DNA of 64,000 nt from Gracilinanus agilis (taxonomy: Eukaryota), in NCBI RefSeq assembly GCF_016433145.1, contig NC_058130.1, forward strand, positions 149,527,596-149,591,595, in the 5' to 3' direction. A program made the position numbers and the translations under genes. This document shows, one piece after another, positions 51,901 through 63,691 of this stretch (positions are counted from its first letter, which is position 1; every line of letters begins with the position of its first letter). Under the pieces are notes generated by a model. The model saw nothing but the letters and a program-made list of their open reading frames with translations, made no database searches and was not told where the DNA came from.

Positions 51901-52069
51901 AGATTGAATAGCAAACCACAAAATTTTATATAAGTTCCCAGAATATAAGATAATAGGATCTTAGATTTAGAGCTGGTAGAGGCATCAGTATTACTGAATA
52001 GAATTTTATCATATGCATGTCTTTTCCTTTCACTATCCAGTCCCACTTTTCACTTCCATTTTCAGTTCT

Positions 52070-52715
52070 GAAAATGACCCTTTCTCCAAACAGTCTCCAT
52101 CATTTTCATTTACCTCAATATGAGATTCAAAACTTTATTTCTTCCTCCTTCTCAAACTTCTCCTTCTTCTCTTCACTTTGTTGTTGTTATTCCAGCTTTT
52201 TGAACAAAGAATCTACTTTATGCACATTTCCAGACATGTCTTGGTAGCTTGAAAGAGCACCAAACTTATAAATATGCAACTTATTCCTACTACCTGTTTA
52301 TCTTGTCTGAGGTTACCAGTGCTTTTACCATAGCCTATTTGCATCTTTACTTTTCTTCCTCCACTGTTTCTAATAATTTTCAGTGAGAAAAAGAGTTAGA
52401 TTCTTAAAATTAATAAATACCATAAAACATTGCCAGGATCAACAGAATGCTACTTCTATTATAATAACATAGCATTAATTTATGTAGAAAATTCTACTGA
52501 TCTTCAAGCCCTACTTTAGATGCCTAATCTAGCCTATGGGTTCTAAATGATAAGCCATTAAATCTAGGCACAAACTTTCCATCTCCAGATCATCCCTACA
52601 GAGTTCCTTAGAAAATCTTTGTAATCCCTGAAGACATTTAAAGATTTATATAGGAACTATGTAGATGTTAACAACTTCAAAGCTTTAGGGATGTTTCAAT
52701 GATCTAATTAAACCA
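52070..52715 (-). promoter_or_regulatory. putative promoter / non-coding exon 1 of the OR at 45208-46149 (module copy D)
   Basis: Donor AG|GTAAAT (ac at 52112-52113); core taatccctgaagacatttaaag 52622-52643; ctttagggatg...CTAATTA 52704-52710. O/E-like sites more diverged. Predicted intron ~5.9 kb. Confidence 0.6.
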
Positions 52716-53394
52716 AACTTATAAAGCTGTTTTAATTGATAGCATAATAAGTGAAATTCAAAATAGAAAGACTCTCACATTTCATCTTGCTAATACAGTA
52801 GGAAGTGGACACAACTATCTAACTGATTTAGTCTAATTCTGCCAGTTAACAAAACTAATGTTCTTGATTTCAGTCTTGTCATTCACAAGTATGATAAGCA
52901 TGCAAATTGTTGATAAAAACATTGCTGAAGAGTCAAAGCTACACTAACCCTCTGTTAGTGGACATTAATACAGTAATGACCATTCATAGGCATTTATGAA
53001 TCCATGCAACTCCCTCATCATTCATCCAGTATCTCTCTATTTTGACCACAAGAAAAATATAGAAAAACTTCACTTTAAGTATAGAAATTAAAAGTCTAGA
53101 ATAGACTAGAAGATGGATGCATGTCACAGCTATTAGTGCATTTTAAAGTTTGCAGACTGCTTTAAATTGATTTTATCTTTTTATCCTCACAACATACTCA
53201 GTCCCCTGGGATATAAGAATTTTTATTCCCATTTTACAAATGAAGAAACTGAGATAAACAGATTAAGTGGCTTGTCTAGACTCATATAGCTCCCCACTTT
53301 ACTACTTAGCTGCTTAGCTTTATAAAATATCTCAGAATCATAATTCCAAGAAGTTATGAAAACAATGTACAAAAGCATAAAGGAGAGTTTAACT

Positions 53395-54550
53395 TTTTCT
53401 CCAGTAATAGTTTCTTTTCCCCAAATTACACACAGGAGGAATTTTTAACATTCATTTTCTCATTTTGAGTTCCAAATTCTTCCCTTCTCTTCCACATTCC
53501 TGAGATGGTAAGCAATTTGTTATAGGTTGTATATGTACTATCATGTAATGCATATTTCCATATTCATCATGTTGCGGAAGAAGGTACATATTACTACCAA
53601 AAATAACTCTCAAAGGAAATAAAGTAAAAAATGGTATGCTTCAATCTGCATTTAGACTCCATCAGTTTCTTCTCTGGTGGCGGATAGCATTTTTTTATCA
53701 TGAGTCCTTTGGAGTTGCCTAGGATGATTGTATTGCTAATAAAAGCTAAGTCTTGAGCATCATACAATATTGCTACTACTGTATACAATGTTCTTCTGAT
53801 TCTGCTTATTTCACTTTGCATCAGTTCATATAAATCTTTCCAGGTTTTTCTGAAATCTTCTTCTTCATCATTTGGGCACATCCTGTTCAGTCATTCCTTA
53901 ATGGGCATTCCCTCAATTTCCAATTATTTACTACCACAAAAAGAGCTGCTACAAATGTTTTTGTATAAATAGGTACTTTCTCCCTTTTAAAAAATCTCTC
54001 TGGGTTTCAGACCTAGTAGCAGTTTTGCTGGATCAAGGGGGTACACATAGTTTTATAGTCCTTTGGGCATGGTTCCAATTGTTCTCCAGAATGGTTGCAT
54101 CAATTCAAACTCCACCAACAATGCATTAGTATCTCAATTTTCCCACAACTCCTCCAACATTTATCATTTTCTGTCATATTAGCTAATCTGATTGTTATGG
54201 AGTAGTACTTTGGAGCTTTTAAATTTGCATTTCTTTATTCATTAGTGAATTGAGAATTTTTTCATATAGATAATTTTGATTTCTTCATCTGAAAACTGCC
54301 TTTGCCCATTTATCAGTTGGGGAATGACTTATGTTCTTAAAAATTTGATTCAATTCTCCATATATTTGACAAATGAGACCTTTTGTCAGGGACACTTTAT
54401 GTAAAGGTTTTTTCCCAGTTTTCTTTTTTTTCTTCTAATCTTGGTTGCATTGTTTTCATTTCTTTTGCAAATTCTTTTTAATTTCAAGGAATCAAAATTA
54501 TCATTTTATATCCTGTACTGCTCTCTATCTCTTGTTTAATCATAAAATTT
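53395..54550 (-). mobile_element. LINE-1 3' UTR and ORF2 C-terminus
   Basis: ORF 53594-53881 (WKDLYELMQSEISRIRRTLY) and antisense ORF2 text ctccagaatggttgcatcaattcaaactccacc. Confidence 0.85.
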
Positions 54551-54729
54551 TCCCCATGAGGAAAAATTTAAACAAATAGAGAATCCATAAAATAAAAATT
54601 TACTATAAATTATAGAATACTAATTCTACTGAAGAAATGTGAAAGTTCTCTACATGAATGAAATAAAACCTGCACACATATTTACTTTGGGGAAGTGAAT
54701 ATCTTCTTTATAAGATGGCGTTTCTGACT

Positions 54730-54960
54730 TAAACATCTAGTTGGTTCAAATGGATAGGCTATTAACCTTGGAATCAGGAGTAACCTGAGTTCAAACTCAG
54801 ACCCTATGGGACTCTGACCAAATTACTTAAGTTCTATCAGGCTTAACTTCCTCAGTTTAAAAAATATGCATAAAATAAACATTTATATAACTGGTTGTTG
54901 TAAGGATCAAAAATATTTTAGGAACTTTGTAAAACTTAAAGTGGTATATAAATTTTGTGA
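54730..54960 (+). mobile_element. MIR
   Basis: ccttggaatcaggagtaacctgagttcaaactc...aacttcctcagttt. Confidence 0.6.
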
Positions 54961-55439
54961 TTATGATTTCTAGATCATGGCTTAAAACCCAATATGACAG
55001 TTCCTAGATATACATCTAACAATAGCTAAAAATGTATTTTCCTCGAGACTTAAAAATCTGAACAAAAATGTTTCAAATTGAAAAGGAAGGGGGGAAGAAA
55101 AAATTGTCTTTGCTTGACAACCAGATATACATATTCCCTAGAGTAGCTAAAATTCAGGAAGAATAGAGGTGGGATATACATATATTCCTATGTGACAAAA
55201 TCTAAGAAAGGAGACAAAAACTACAATTTTTAAATGTCCAGGTATAAATTCAGCAAAGGAATAAGATATTTGAAAGGTAGAGCCACCATATGTCTGTGGA
55301 ACAATGCTAAATGACAATGGAGAAAAGACAATCATGTTTACTTCCTTTCTCACTTTGATTTTTCTATGCCAATGAGAAATAGCATTTTACTAACAAGGAT
55401 AAAGTATATCTGTCTAAAAGAGATCTGGTATTCAAGATA

Positions 55440-56700
55440 AATAAGGAAATAAAAAGAAAATGCCTTGATGCATTCATATCACTTGAGTCACAAAAACTAA
55501 ATTCTTGATTAATATAGGAGCCAGTAGATATAATGGCTTAGCCAATATAAACTGATTTTTGAAAGATAATGAAGAATGGAAAAAGTACCATGGTACTAGA
55601 GAAAGACAAGTGTTTTGATTTTTTTAAAGGAAGAGAATGGAATTTAAATTTACGCCACAAGCTTTATTTTATATATTGGAAAAGTTATAGTGTGTTGTTA
55701 AATGAGTGGTTAATGAATATCTAGCATAGGAAATAGTGATTGGAAAGAACCCATATGGCTTCAACAAGATTTGGTCACAGCAAAGATCAAACCATTATTA
55801 GCAAAATAAGGTTCCAAGATAACTCCAAGAGATACGTGATAAAAACAAACAAATAAACAGATAAAAGAAGCAAACAAAATGCTATCCATAGCCAAAGGTA
55901 GAACTGTTGGAATCTGATTGCAGATCAAAAATATGTTAACCTTCGCTTTATTTCCTTCATGGGTTTTTAATTGAATATGTGATATGTGTCTTTAGACCTG
56001 ACGTGGGAAATGCAGAAATATAGATAATATGAAAGCATTGAGATAATCCATATTAGACTATTTTCCACCTCAAGGGAGGGGAGGAGGTAATGAGAGCATC
56101 TGTTGCAAAATGTTTTTTTAAAAATGTTAAAAATTGTTTCAACATGTAATTGAAAAAATATAATTCAACAAAAACAAACATAACAAACAAATAAAAAGAA
56201 TAGGTCACAACAGACAGAACTCATTTCCTTTTGGTAATGGATTACTTAGGGCAATGTGTTAGATGAAGCTTACCTAAATCTTAGGAAAGTATTTGATAAA
56301 ATCTTTTATGCTATTCTTGTGAAAAGATGGGCAGATCTGAATTAGATGATAATATAATTAGACCGATTCAGAACTGAGTGAACAACTAAACTCAAAGAGT
56401 AGTAAACAATGTTTAAGTTACAACTTGGAAGAATATTTCCACTGGCATGTTCCAGAGGGGTAGATTTGGTCCTGAGGTGTTAAATTTGTTTAATGGATAA
56501 ACAAATAGCTGGTATATTCATCAAATGTGAAGATAAAACAAAGCTGGAAGAGATAAATAACATACTGGATGATAGTTTAGATATTACAATATATCACCCA
56601 ACAAGAAGAGTGGGTCACAGCTAATAAGATGAAATTTGGTGGGGATAAATGTAAATGTTCTCATTTGGGTTAAAATCTTTTACTTTATAATTTCATGATG
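55440..56700 (+). mobile_element. CR1/L3 RT-region fragments interrupted by an L1 3' UTR piece (~55770-56200)
   Basis: ggaaagaacccatatggcttcaacaag, gcttacctaaatcttaggaaagtatttgataaaatc, ccactggcatgttccagagg. Confidence 0.55.
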
Positions 56701-58624
56701 GAAGGTATGGGGGCCATGCATCCATTTGGAGCTCATATGGTAGATGTGGTCAGTTGCTGGCCTTTTAAACCTAATTTACTGCCAGTCCATTTTCTAGGTT
56801 TTTGAACAGTGTCAGTTGTAAAGTAAATCCTTATTCCAGTTTCAAGTATCATGGATTTTACTAAATGCCATCCTGAATTGTTCAATTGTTTCTGGGTCTT
56901 GTGAACCTAATCTTTTCAACTAATTAACTTAAAGAAAAGGGCCAAATAATTTGATGATTATTGCTTTATGCTATAGTTTGGGATATGGTATTGTATCATT
57001 GACATCTAGTTCTTATTAAAATTCATGTTGAATTATTCCTCTTCTATAATACGTTTCTAGGAAGTATTACCTCTCTTCTAATACCATAGTACTTCGTATT
57101 TCATATTCCAGTTTGCATTATGGTTATTTACATATACATATTATAACCTTTTTTTTATCTCCTCAAAAGAAAGAAATTGACTAGAAAGAACAGAATAGAA
57201 AATGTCAATAGATTTGAAACCTAAGATAAGTAGATTTTAAGATAGCACTGATCTGTCTTTGATGAGTTTAATTCATTGTTACCAGGATTAGATGAACTAC
57301 CTCCTAGGATATTGCAAGAATTATTAGATGCAATTTCTGAGTCACTGTAGGTATGATCTTTAAAAGATTATGGAGAATGAAGGAATTTTATATTGTTCTG
57401 CCCTGGCCTCTCTTCTTTTCTTCTTCTATACACTAGAATTCCTCATTAGTTCACATGAGAAATATCTATTTTCTCTGTAACCATCTTTGTAATACCACTG
57501 GATATTGATCTTCCACTCTGCACACTTCAGTTCAGTCAAACTGACTATTTTATTCTTCTCATTACACTACATATTTTATGTATTTTCCTTTGCATTATCT
57601 GTTCTCCAGGCTCAGAATTCACTCCTTCTTTACTTCCGTCTAATATAATCCCTCTCTTCTTTTAACATGTAGCTTCTAAGATCTACCTTCTATATGTGGC
57701 TTTTTGTAATTCTCCCTGTTATAACCCTTTCAAATTATCTTCTCTTTCATTATTTATGGCATTATATCATATTATGCATCGTTTTATGTCATGTCTTGTT
57801 ATGATATATCATATCATATGTCATAACATATTTATCTTTTCATATTTCTTTATGGAACCAACACTGGTCATTTTAACTTCATACTATCCAATTTTAATTT
57901 CTCTGTTGCCCATATTTCAACATCTATTGTTTATTGTTTCCTTTTTTTACCAGCCTTTGTATCAGTTTATAAAATGCTAACCATGTTTGTAATTTCTTTT
58001 TTTAACTTAAATGAGACTGTATTACAATATTATTTTAGAGTCCATGCCATAAGTAAGCATAGGATGCAAACAAATTTGCAAATTTAAAAGGAATGATACA
58101 AGGTTAAAGAAAACAGAAACTTATCAGGTGGAATAAAGAAAAAGGGACAAACACTGTATTTTTAAGTTTTTCTTGAAGTGTATGCAACAAAACCAAATTT
58201 TGATGTACTTTCTGAAACAAAGCATTTGCAAGTGGAATATCTGTTAATTGGTAATGAAATAAAAATTTCATGGCTAAGTATAACAAGTCTATTTTGATGC
58301 AATGTTCACAAATTTACAGGAACAAAAATCTTTTTCCATGCTGATCTAACACCATACTTTCTTGATGCTTCTAGATCAAATATATTTCAAACTTAATTTT
58401 CAAAACTTCCTCTTAAATTTACTGACTCTCTTTTACAAAAAAGGCACTAAGAAAAGATATAAAGTAAAGCTCACATTTTTAACTTGAAGGAAATCTCCAG
58501 TCTTTTAAAAAATTTCCTGGTCTACCTGAAAATTCTTATGAAATTAATTAGGAGGCTTCTTAGCTCACTTTACAGAATGCTATCATATTTCTCACAGAAA
58601 CAAATGTCCATTCCAGTTCTTCTT

Positions 58625-60240
58625 TAAAAATATTTTATTTTTTAATTATATGAAAAAAATTTTAACATTTATTAAAAAATTTGAAGCTATACAATTTGAT
58701 CAAGCTTATATATGTGCAGTGAGACAAAACATATTTCCATATTCATCGTGTTATGAAGTAAAACACAGGATAAGAAATAAAGAAAACTTTAAAAAATTTC
58801 TTTGATCTGCATGAAAACTTCATTAACTCTTTCTCTGGAGGTATATGAGTCCTTTGAAATAGATTTAGATCAATGTATTTCTGAGAATAGCTAAGTCATT
58901 CTGAGTTGATCATCATTCAATATTGCTATTACTGTGTACAATATTCTGCTGGTTTTGTTCACTTCACTTTGCATCATGTCATGTAAATATTTCCAGGCTT
59001 TTCTGAAAGCATCAAAGCATCCTGATCATCAACTTTTATAGCACATCCATCATATATATATATAGTTTATAGCATTCCATCACAACCATATACAACAACT
59101 TGTTCAGCCATTCCCAGTTGATGGACATCCCCTCGATTTCCAATTCTTTGCCACTACAAAAATAGATGTTAGAAATATTTTGCACATATAGGTCTTTTTC
59201 CTTTTTTATCTCTTTGAGAGGCAGGCCTAGTAATGGTATTGGTGGGTGAATGAATATTCACGGCCTTTGGGACATAATTCAAAAATGCTTTCCAGAATGG
59301 TTGGATCAGTTCACAACTCCACCAACAGTACATTAGTATCCCGATTTTCCCACAGTCTCTGCAACATTTATCGCTTTCTTTTTCTATCATAATTAGCCAT
59401 CTGATAGGTCTGAGGTAGTACCTCAAAGTTGTTTTAATTTGTGTTTCTCTAATCAGTAGTGATTCAGAGCATTTTTCATATGACTATTGATAACTTTTAT
59501 TTCTTCATCCGAAAACTGCCTACTTATATCATTTGACCATTTATCAATTGGGTAATGATTTGTATTGTACCAGTATAAATTTTGACTCAGTTATCTATGC
59601 ATTTGAAAAATGAGATATTTAATAGAAAAACTTGCTGTAAAAATTTCCCCCAGTTTTCTTCTGATCTTGACTGTATTTGATGTAATCAAATTATCCATTT
59701 TACATCTTGTAGTGAACTTTAGCTCTAGTTTGATCATAAATCCATACCTAATTCATAGATCTAAGAGATAAATAATTCCATGCTCCCCCATTTTGCTCAT
59801 GGTATCAACCTTTATGTCTAAATCATTTATCAGTTTTAAGCTTATTTTGGTAGAAGTTAAGAGATGTTGGTCTGTCTAGATTTTGCCAAACTGATTTCCC
59901 GTTTTCCTAACAGTTTTTGTCAAATAGTGAGTTCTTATCCCAAAAGTATGGATCTTCAGGTTTATCAAGTACTATATTACTATGGTCATTTACTATGTAT
60001 TGTGTACACAGTTTATTACACTGATCCAGTACTCTGTTTCTTAGCCAGTACCAGACTGTATTGATAATTACTGCTTTGTAATAAAAGTAATACAAGTAGG
60101 GAACTGATATGGATATGCTAATATTCATGATGTTTTTTATTGATTCCCTGTTTATTCTTGATCTTTTGTTCTTCCACATTAATTTTGTTATGATTTTTAT
60201 AGCTCTGCAATATAATTTTAGGTTCTGTGATTGATACGTA
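58625..60240 (-). mobile_element. LINE-1 3' ~1.6 kb
   Basis: ORFs 59169-59426 (MRYYLRPIRW...CWWSCELIQPFWK) and 59907-60179 (YYKAVIINTVWYWLRNR...DKPEDPYFWDKNSLFDK) are L1 ORF2 pieces. Confidence 0.9.
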
Positions 60241-60329
60241 TTTTCTCAGAGCACAGTGATTTTCCATTCTGCTTACATACTACCATTTGCTTTGTTATTC
60301 CTAAATTAATTAGCATATGTTTTATTTCT

Positions 60330-60795
60330 AGTTCTTTGCATCTGTAGTGTCAAATGCTATAAGAATATCAACAGAGATGAGGACTCCAGAAATGTCATTA
60401 TTAATAACTTTGGAAAGAATAGTTTAAATTGAGTGAAGAGATTAGAAATCAAATTGTGAATTTTTGAGAGGCAATTGAGAGGAGAAGTATAATAAATCAG
60501 TAAAGAAAGCTTTCGCTCTCTCCAAGTTTGGTTGTGAAAGGGAAAAAGTGAGAAGACAATAACTTGAGGAAAAGGAGTTCAAGTGAGGGTTTTTCTTAAG
60601 GAATGGGGGACAATGAACATATTTGTGGGACACAGGGGAGAAAATTGAAACATAAGGGAGATGGAATTGATAATTGGGAATAAGCTACAGTAGGAGAATG
60701 TTTTGAGGGCATAGAGATTAGCATTATCAAGGAGAAGATCTGCATCTCTATCTCTCATAAAGTAATCCCTACATTCTAATGTTGGAGTAACTGTA

Positions 60796-60843
<48 letters not shown>

Positions 60844-61640
60844 CAACATATACAAAATGAATGAGGTAGTTTTAGGGAGACAGGATCAAAAGAAGAGAGA
60901 ATATGGGAGTATGTTCAGGATATTCGAGGTATAAAAGCAAGGAGAATAAGATTATTACAGATGGCCTCCGTTTTTCCCATGAATTATGAGGCAAGGCTCT
61001 ATGCTGAGAGGTAAGAGGACAGGTTTGGGATAGGCAGTGTGAGGAGAAAAAATAATATTGGGAGAGATACTGTCAGAAGTGCTTTAGAGAGGCAATTCAG
61101 AGAAAATAAAAATAATTAAAATGTCCCAATTAGGGCCCAGTTGAGATGTGACAACATAAATTTGTAGTGAATCCAGTAAACATGGTTGTATGACTCCCTC
61201 CAGTGGCTTTCAGCAGTACATGAATAATAACAGAGATGATGAATCATTTCATCAGGTGATTAAGAATAAAGGTGTTCAAGAGTAGACGACATCATGAAGT
61301 TAAGCTGACTAGCTAATATATGTATATAAACATTATATATGCATATAAACAATATATGGGAGCACTATAGTGCTAGAGATTGCAGTGAGGATAGGGAATA
61401 GATTTAGGAAGGGTAAAACACAGGGATAGAAGAAGGACTAAGAGGTTATGTTAGATAAAAAATTAAACTCTAAAAAATGAGGAACTATGACACTTGTGTG
61501 TGATGATATAATAAAGAATTTCCATTCCTGTGAGTGGTTTAGGTGGGAAGAAGATAAAGACCACGGGAATTGGAGAGACTGGTAACAGCTGGGAAAATAG
61601 ATTACAGTGAACATGATCTGGAAGAATTAGTGTATCTGAA
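60330..61640 (-). mobile_element. LINE-2 fragments
   Basis: gtgtcaaatgctataagaatatcaacagagatgaggac and related antisense L2 sequence. Confidence 0.55.
60801..60840. repeat. (GT)n microsatellite
   Basis: Directly visible. Confidence 0.95.
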
Positions 61641-61668
61641 TGGAAAGGACCACAAAGGATGAGAGATC

Positions 61669-61671
<3 letters not shown>

Positions 61672-61708
<37 letters not shown>
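61672..61708. repeat. (GA)n microsatellite
   Basis: Directly visible. Confidence 0.95.
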
Positions 61709-61711
<3 letters not shown>

Positions 61712-61910
61712 GTGGGGGGTAGGAGAGTGTCTGGAACTGGCAATGAAAAACAAAGAAGATATCTACATCTCCTCTTAGCCCAGTACTTAGGGGCACATAA
61801 GTGAAAGTTTTTCAAGTACTGAGATGGTGGCCAAGGATTCAGTATTTTCTGGAATAATCCAGGTTTCTGTGATTGTAAGAAGATGGAAGGAGTATTAAAG
61901 AAAAAAATAT

Positions 61911-62113
61911 GGGGACAGCTAGGTGGCTCAGTGGATTGAGAGTCAGGCCTAGAGATGGGAGGTCCTGGATTTGAATATGACCTCAGAAAATCCCTAACTG
62001 TGTGACCCTGGGCAAGTCGCTTAAACTCCATTGCCTAACCTTTACCACTCTTCTGCCTTGGAACCAATACATAATATTAATTCCAAGATGGAAGGTAAGG
62101 GTTTAAAAAAAAG
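61911..62113 (+). mobile_element. full-length SINE1_Mdo with 11-bp TSD
   Basis: TSD gaaaaaaatat at 61900-61910 and 62114-62124. Confidence 0.9.
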
Positions 62114-62235
62114 GAAAAAAATATAATTAAAAGCAGTTTGTTAATAAAATGGGAGTTTTGGAGAGTATAGTGGGAAAGGGGTGAAGGAATATGGATGAAA
62201 TGGATCGATATGAGAATTCTGAGTTACACATCTTT

Positions 62236-62473
62236 TCATATTTTCCTCAAATACAACTTTCTGGTCAGGAGTTTTTCCACACCCTGCTTTACTTCCTTGT
62301 TCCTCAGGCTATAAATGATAGGGTTTAGCATTGGAGTCACTATCCCATAGGACAGTCCAATGAGTTCATCAGATGTCTTAGTGTCCTTTGACTGGGGCTT
62401 CATATACATGAAAAGAGCTGAACCATAGAACAAGATTACCACAGTAAGATGGGCTGAGCAGGTGGAAAAGGCT
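62236..62473 (-). CDS. OR13D1-like: 3' fragment of a further OR13D-like receptor, truncated at the single N (62474); intact or pseudogene status unknown
   Basis: Reads [78 protein letters not shown] with no lesions; differs from the neighbouring gene at the C-terminus and in its 3' flank. Confidence 0.8.
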
Positions 62474-62474
62474 N
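62474..62474. other. single-N assembly join
   Basis: OR homology stops exactly at the N. Confidence 0.9.
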
Positions 62475-62749
62475 TTATGGTTGAACAATTTGTTGAATAT
62501 GTGCTGAAGTTTTTTTAAGGTTTGAGTTGTATTAATTCGCCTCTAATATTCCTTTGAACCTTTGTATTCTATGATTCCAGAAAATATGTTATAGATGTTT
62601 AGGAAATGTTTGTTTGAAAGAATGAATACACAAATATATTTTACATTATCTAGAAAATGTAAATACTTTAAAGTATTCTGATAATTTTATTATATCTATT
62701 AGGCAATTAAAAACAAAATACAAAGGAATACACCAAGATAAAAAACATT

Positions 62750-63691
62750 TTACTTTCTCCTCAGATACAGATTTTTCATAAGGACTTTCTCTACACCCTG
62801 TTTTACCTCATTGTTCCTCAGGCTATAAATGATAGGGTTCAGCATGGGGGTCACTACCCAGTAACTCAGGCCAATGAGTTCATCAGATGTCTTAGTATCC
62901 TTTGACTGGGGCTTCATATACATGAAAAGGGCTGAACCATAGAACAAGATTACCACAGTAAGATGGGCTGAGCAGGTGGAAAAGGCTTTCTTCCTCCCCT
63001 CACTGGAGTTGATCCTCAGGATGGTGGAGAGGATGAAGACATAGGAGAAGAAAATGAGCAGCAAAGGGAAGACTAAAAAAAAGAAATTCCCAATTGTCAT
63101 GACAAACACATTGAGGGAGATGTCTCCACAAATAAGCTTGAGAAGAGCCAGGATCTCACAGGTGAGATGGTCAATGATGTTGTTACAGAAAGGTCTCATC
63201 ATAGCCAGCAGGGTGAGCAGCAGAGAATACAGAAAGCCTGATGCCCAGGTCCAAGTTGCCATCTGGACACAAAGTCCTTTATTCATGATAATGGTGTATC
63301 TCAGGGGATTACAGATGGCAACATACCTGTCAAAAGCCATCACAGCCAGAAGCACACACTCTGTGCACCCCAAGCCCAGAGAAATCACCATCTGTAAGGC
63401 ACATCCAGTGAAGGAAATGGATTTCCTCACAGACATGAAGTTCACGAGCATTGGAGGAATAGAGGAGGACGTATAACAAATATCCAGGAAGGAAAGATTC
63501 CCAAGGAAAAAGTACATGGGCGTGTGAAGACGGGGATCCTGGATGCTGATTATAATGAGGATGCTGTTTCCTAAAATGATCACCAGATACATGACTAGGC
63601 AGAGAATGTAAAGAGATATCTGGAGACTTGGGTACTGAGAAAGTCCAATCAGAAAAAATTCAGTCACTGCTGTGTAATTCCCCTTGTCCAT
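62750..63691 (-). CDS. OR13D1-like: olfactory receptor, OR13D-like, intact ORF, 313 aa
   Basis: [50 protein letters not shown]; acceptor AG at 63712-63711, 19 nt before the ATG. Confidence 0.96.
   Translation of the reverse strand: MDKGNYTAVTEFFLIGLSQYPSLQISLYILCLVMYLVIILGNSILIIISIQDPRLHTPMYFFLGNLSFLDICYTSSSIPPMLVNFMSVRKSISFTGCALQMVISLGLGCTECVLLAVMAFDRYVAICNPLRYTIIMNKGLCVQMATWTWASGFLYSLLLTLLAMMRPFCNNIIDHLTCEILALLKLICGDISLNVFVMTIGNFFFLVFPLLLIFFSYVFILSTILRINSSEGRKKAFSTCSAHLTVVILFYGSALFMYMKPQSKDTKTSDELIGLSYWVVTPMLNPIIYSLRNNEVKQGVEKVLMKNLYLRRK

Noticed and set aside
62236-62473. Reading the OR fragment as a simple false duplicate of 62750-63691
   Set aside because: The last 118 coding nt differ at 26 positions and the 3' flanks are unrelated, so it derives from a different paralog.
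27040-63476. Plus-strand ORFs overlapping the ORs (27040-27321, 27510-27728, 35137-35548, 45737-46212, 63054-63476)
   Set aside because: Antisense shadows of OR coding sequence; they recur only because the ORs are paralogous.
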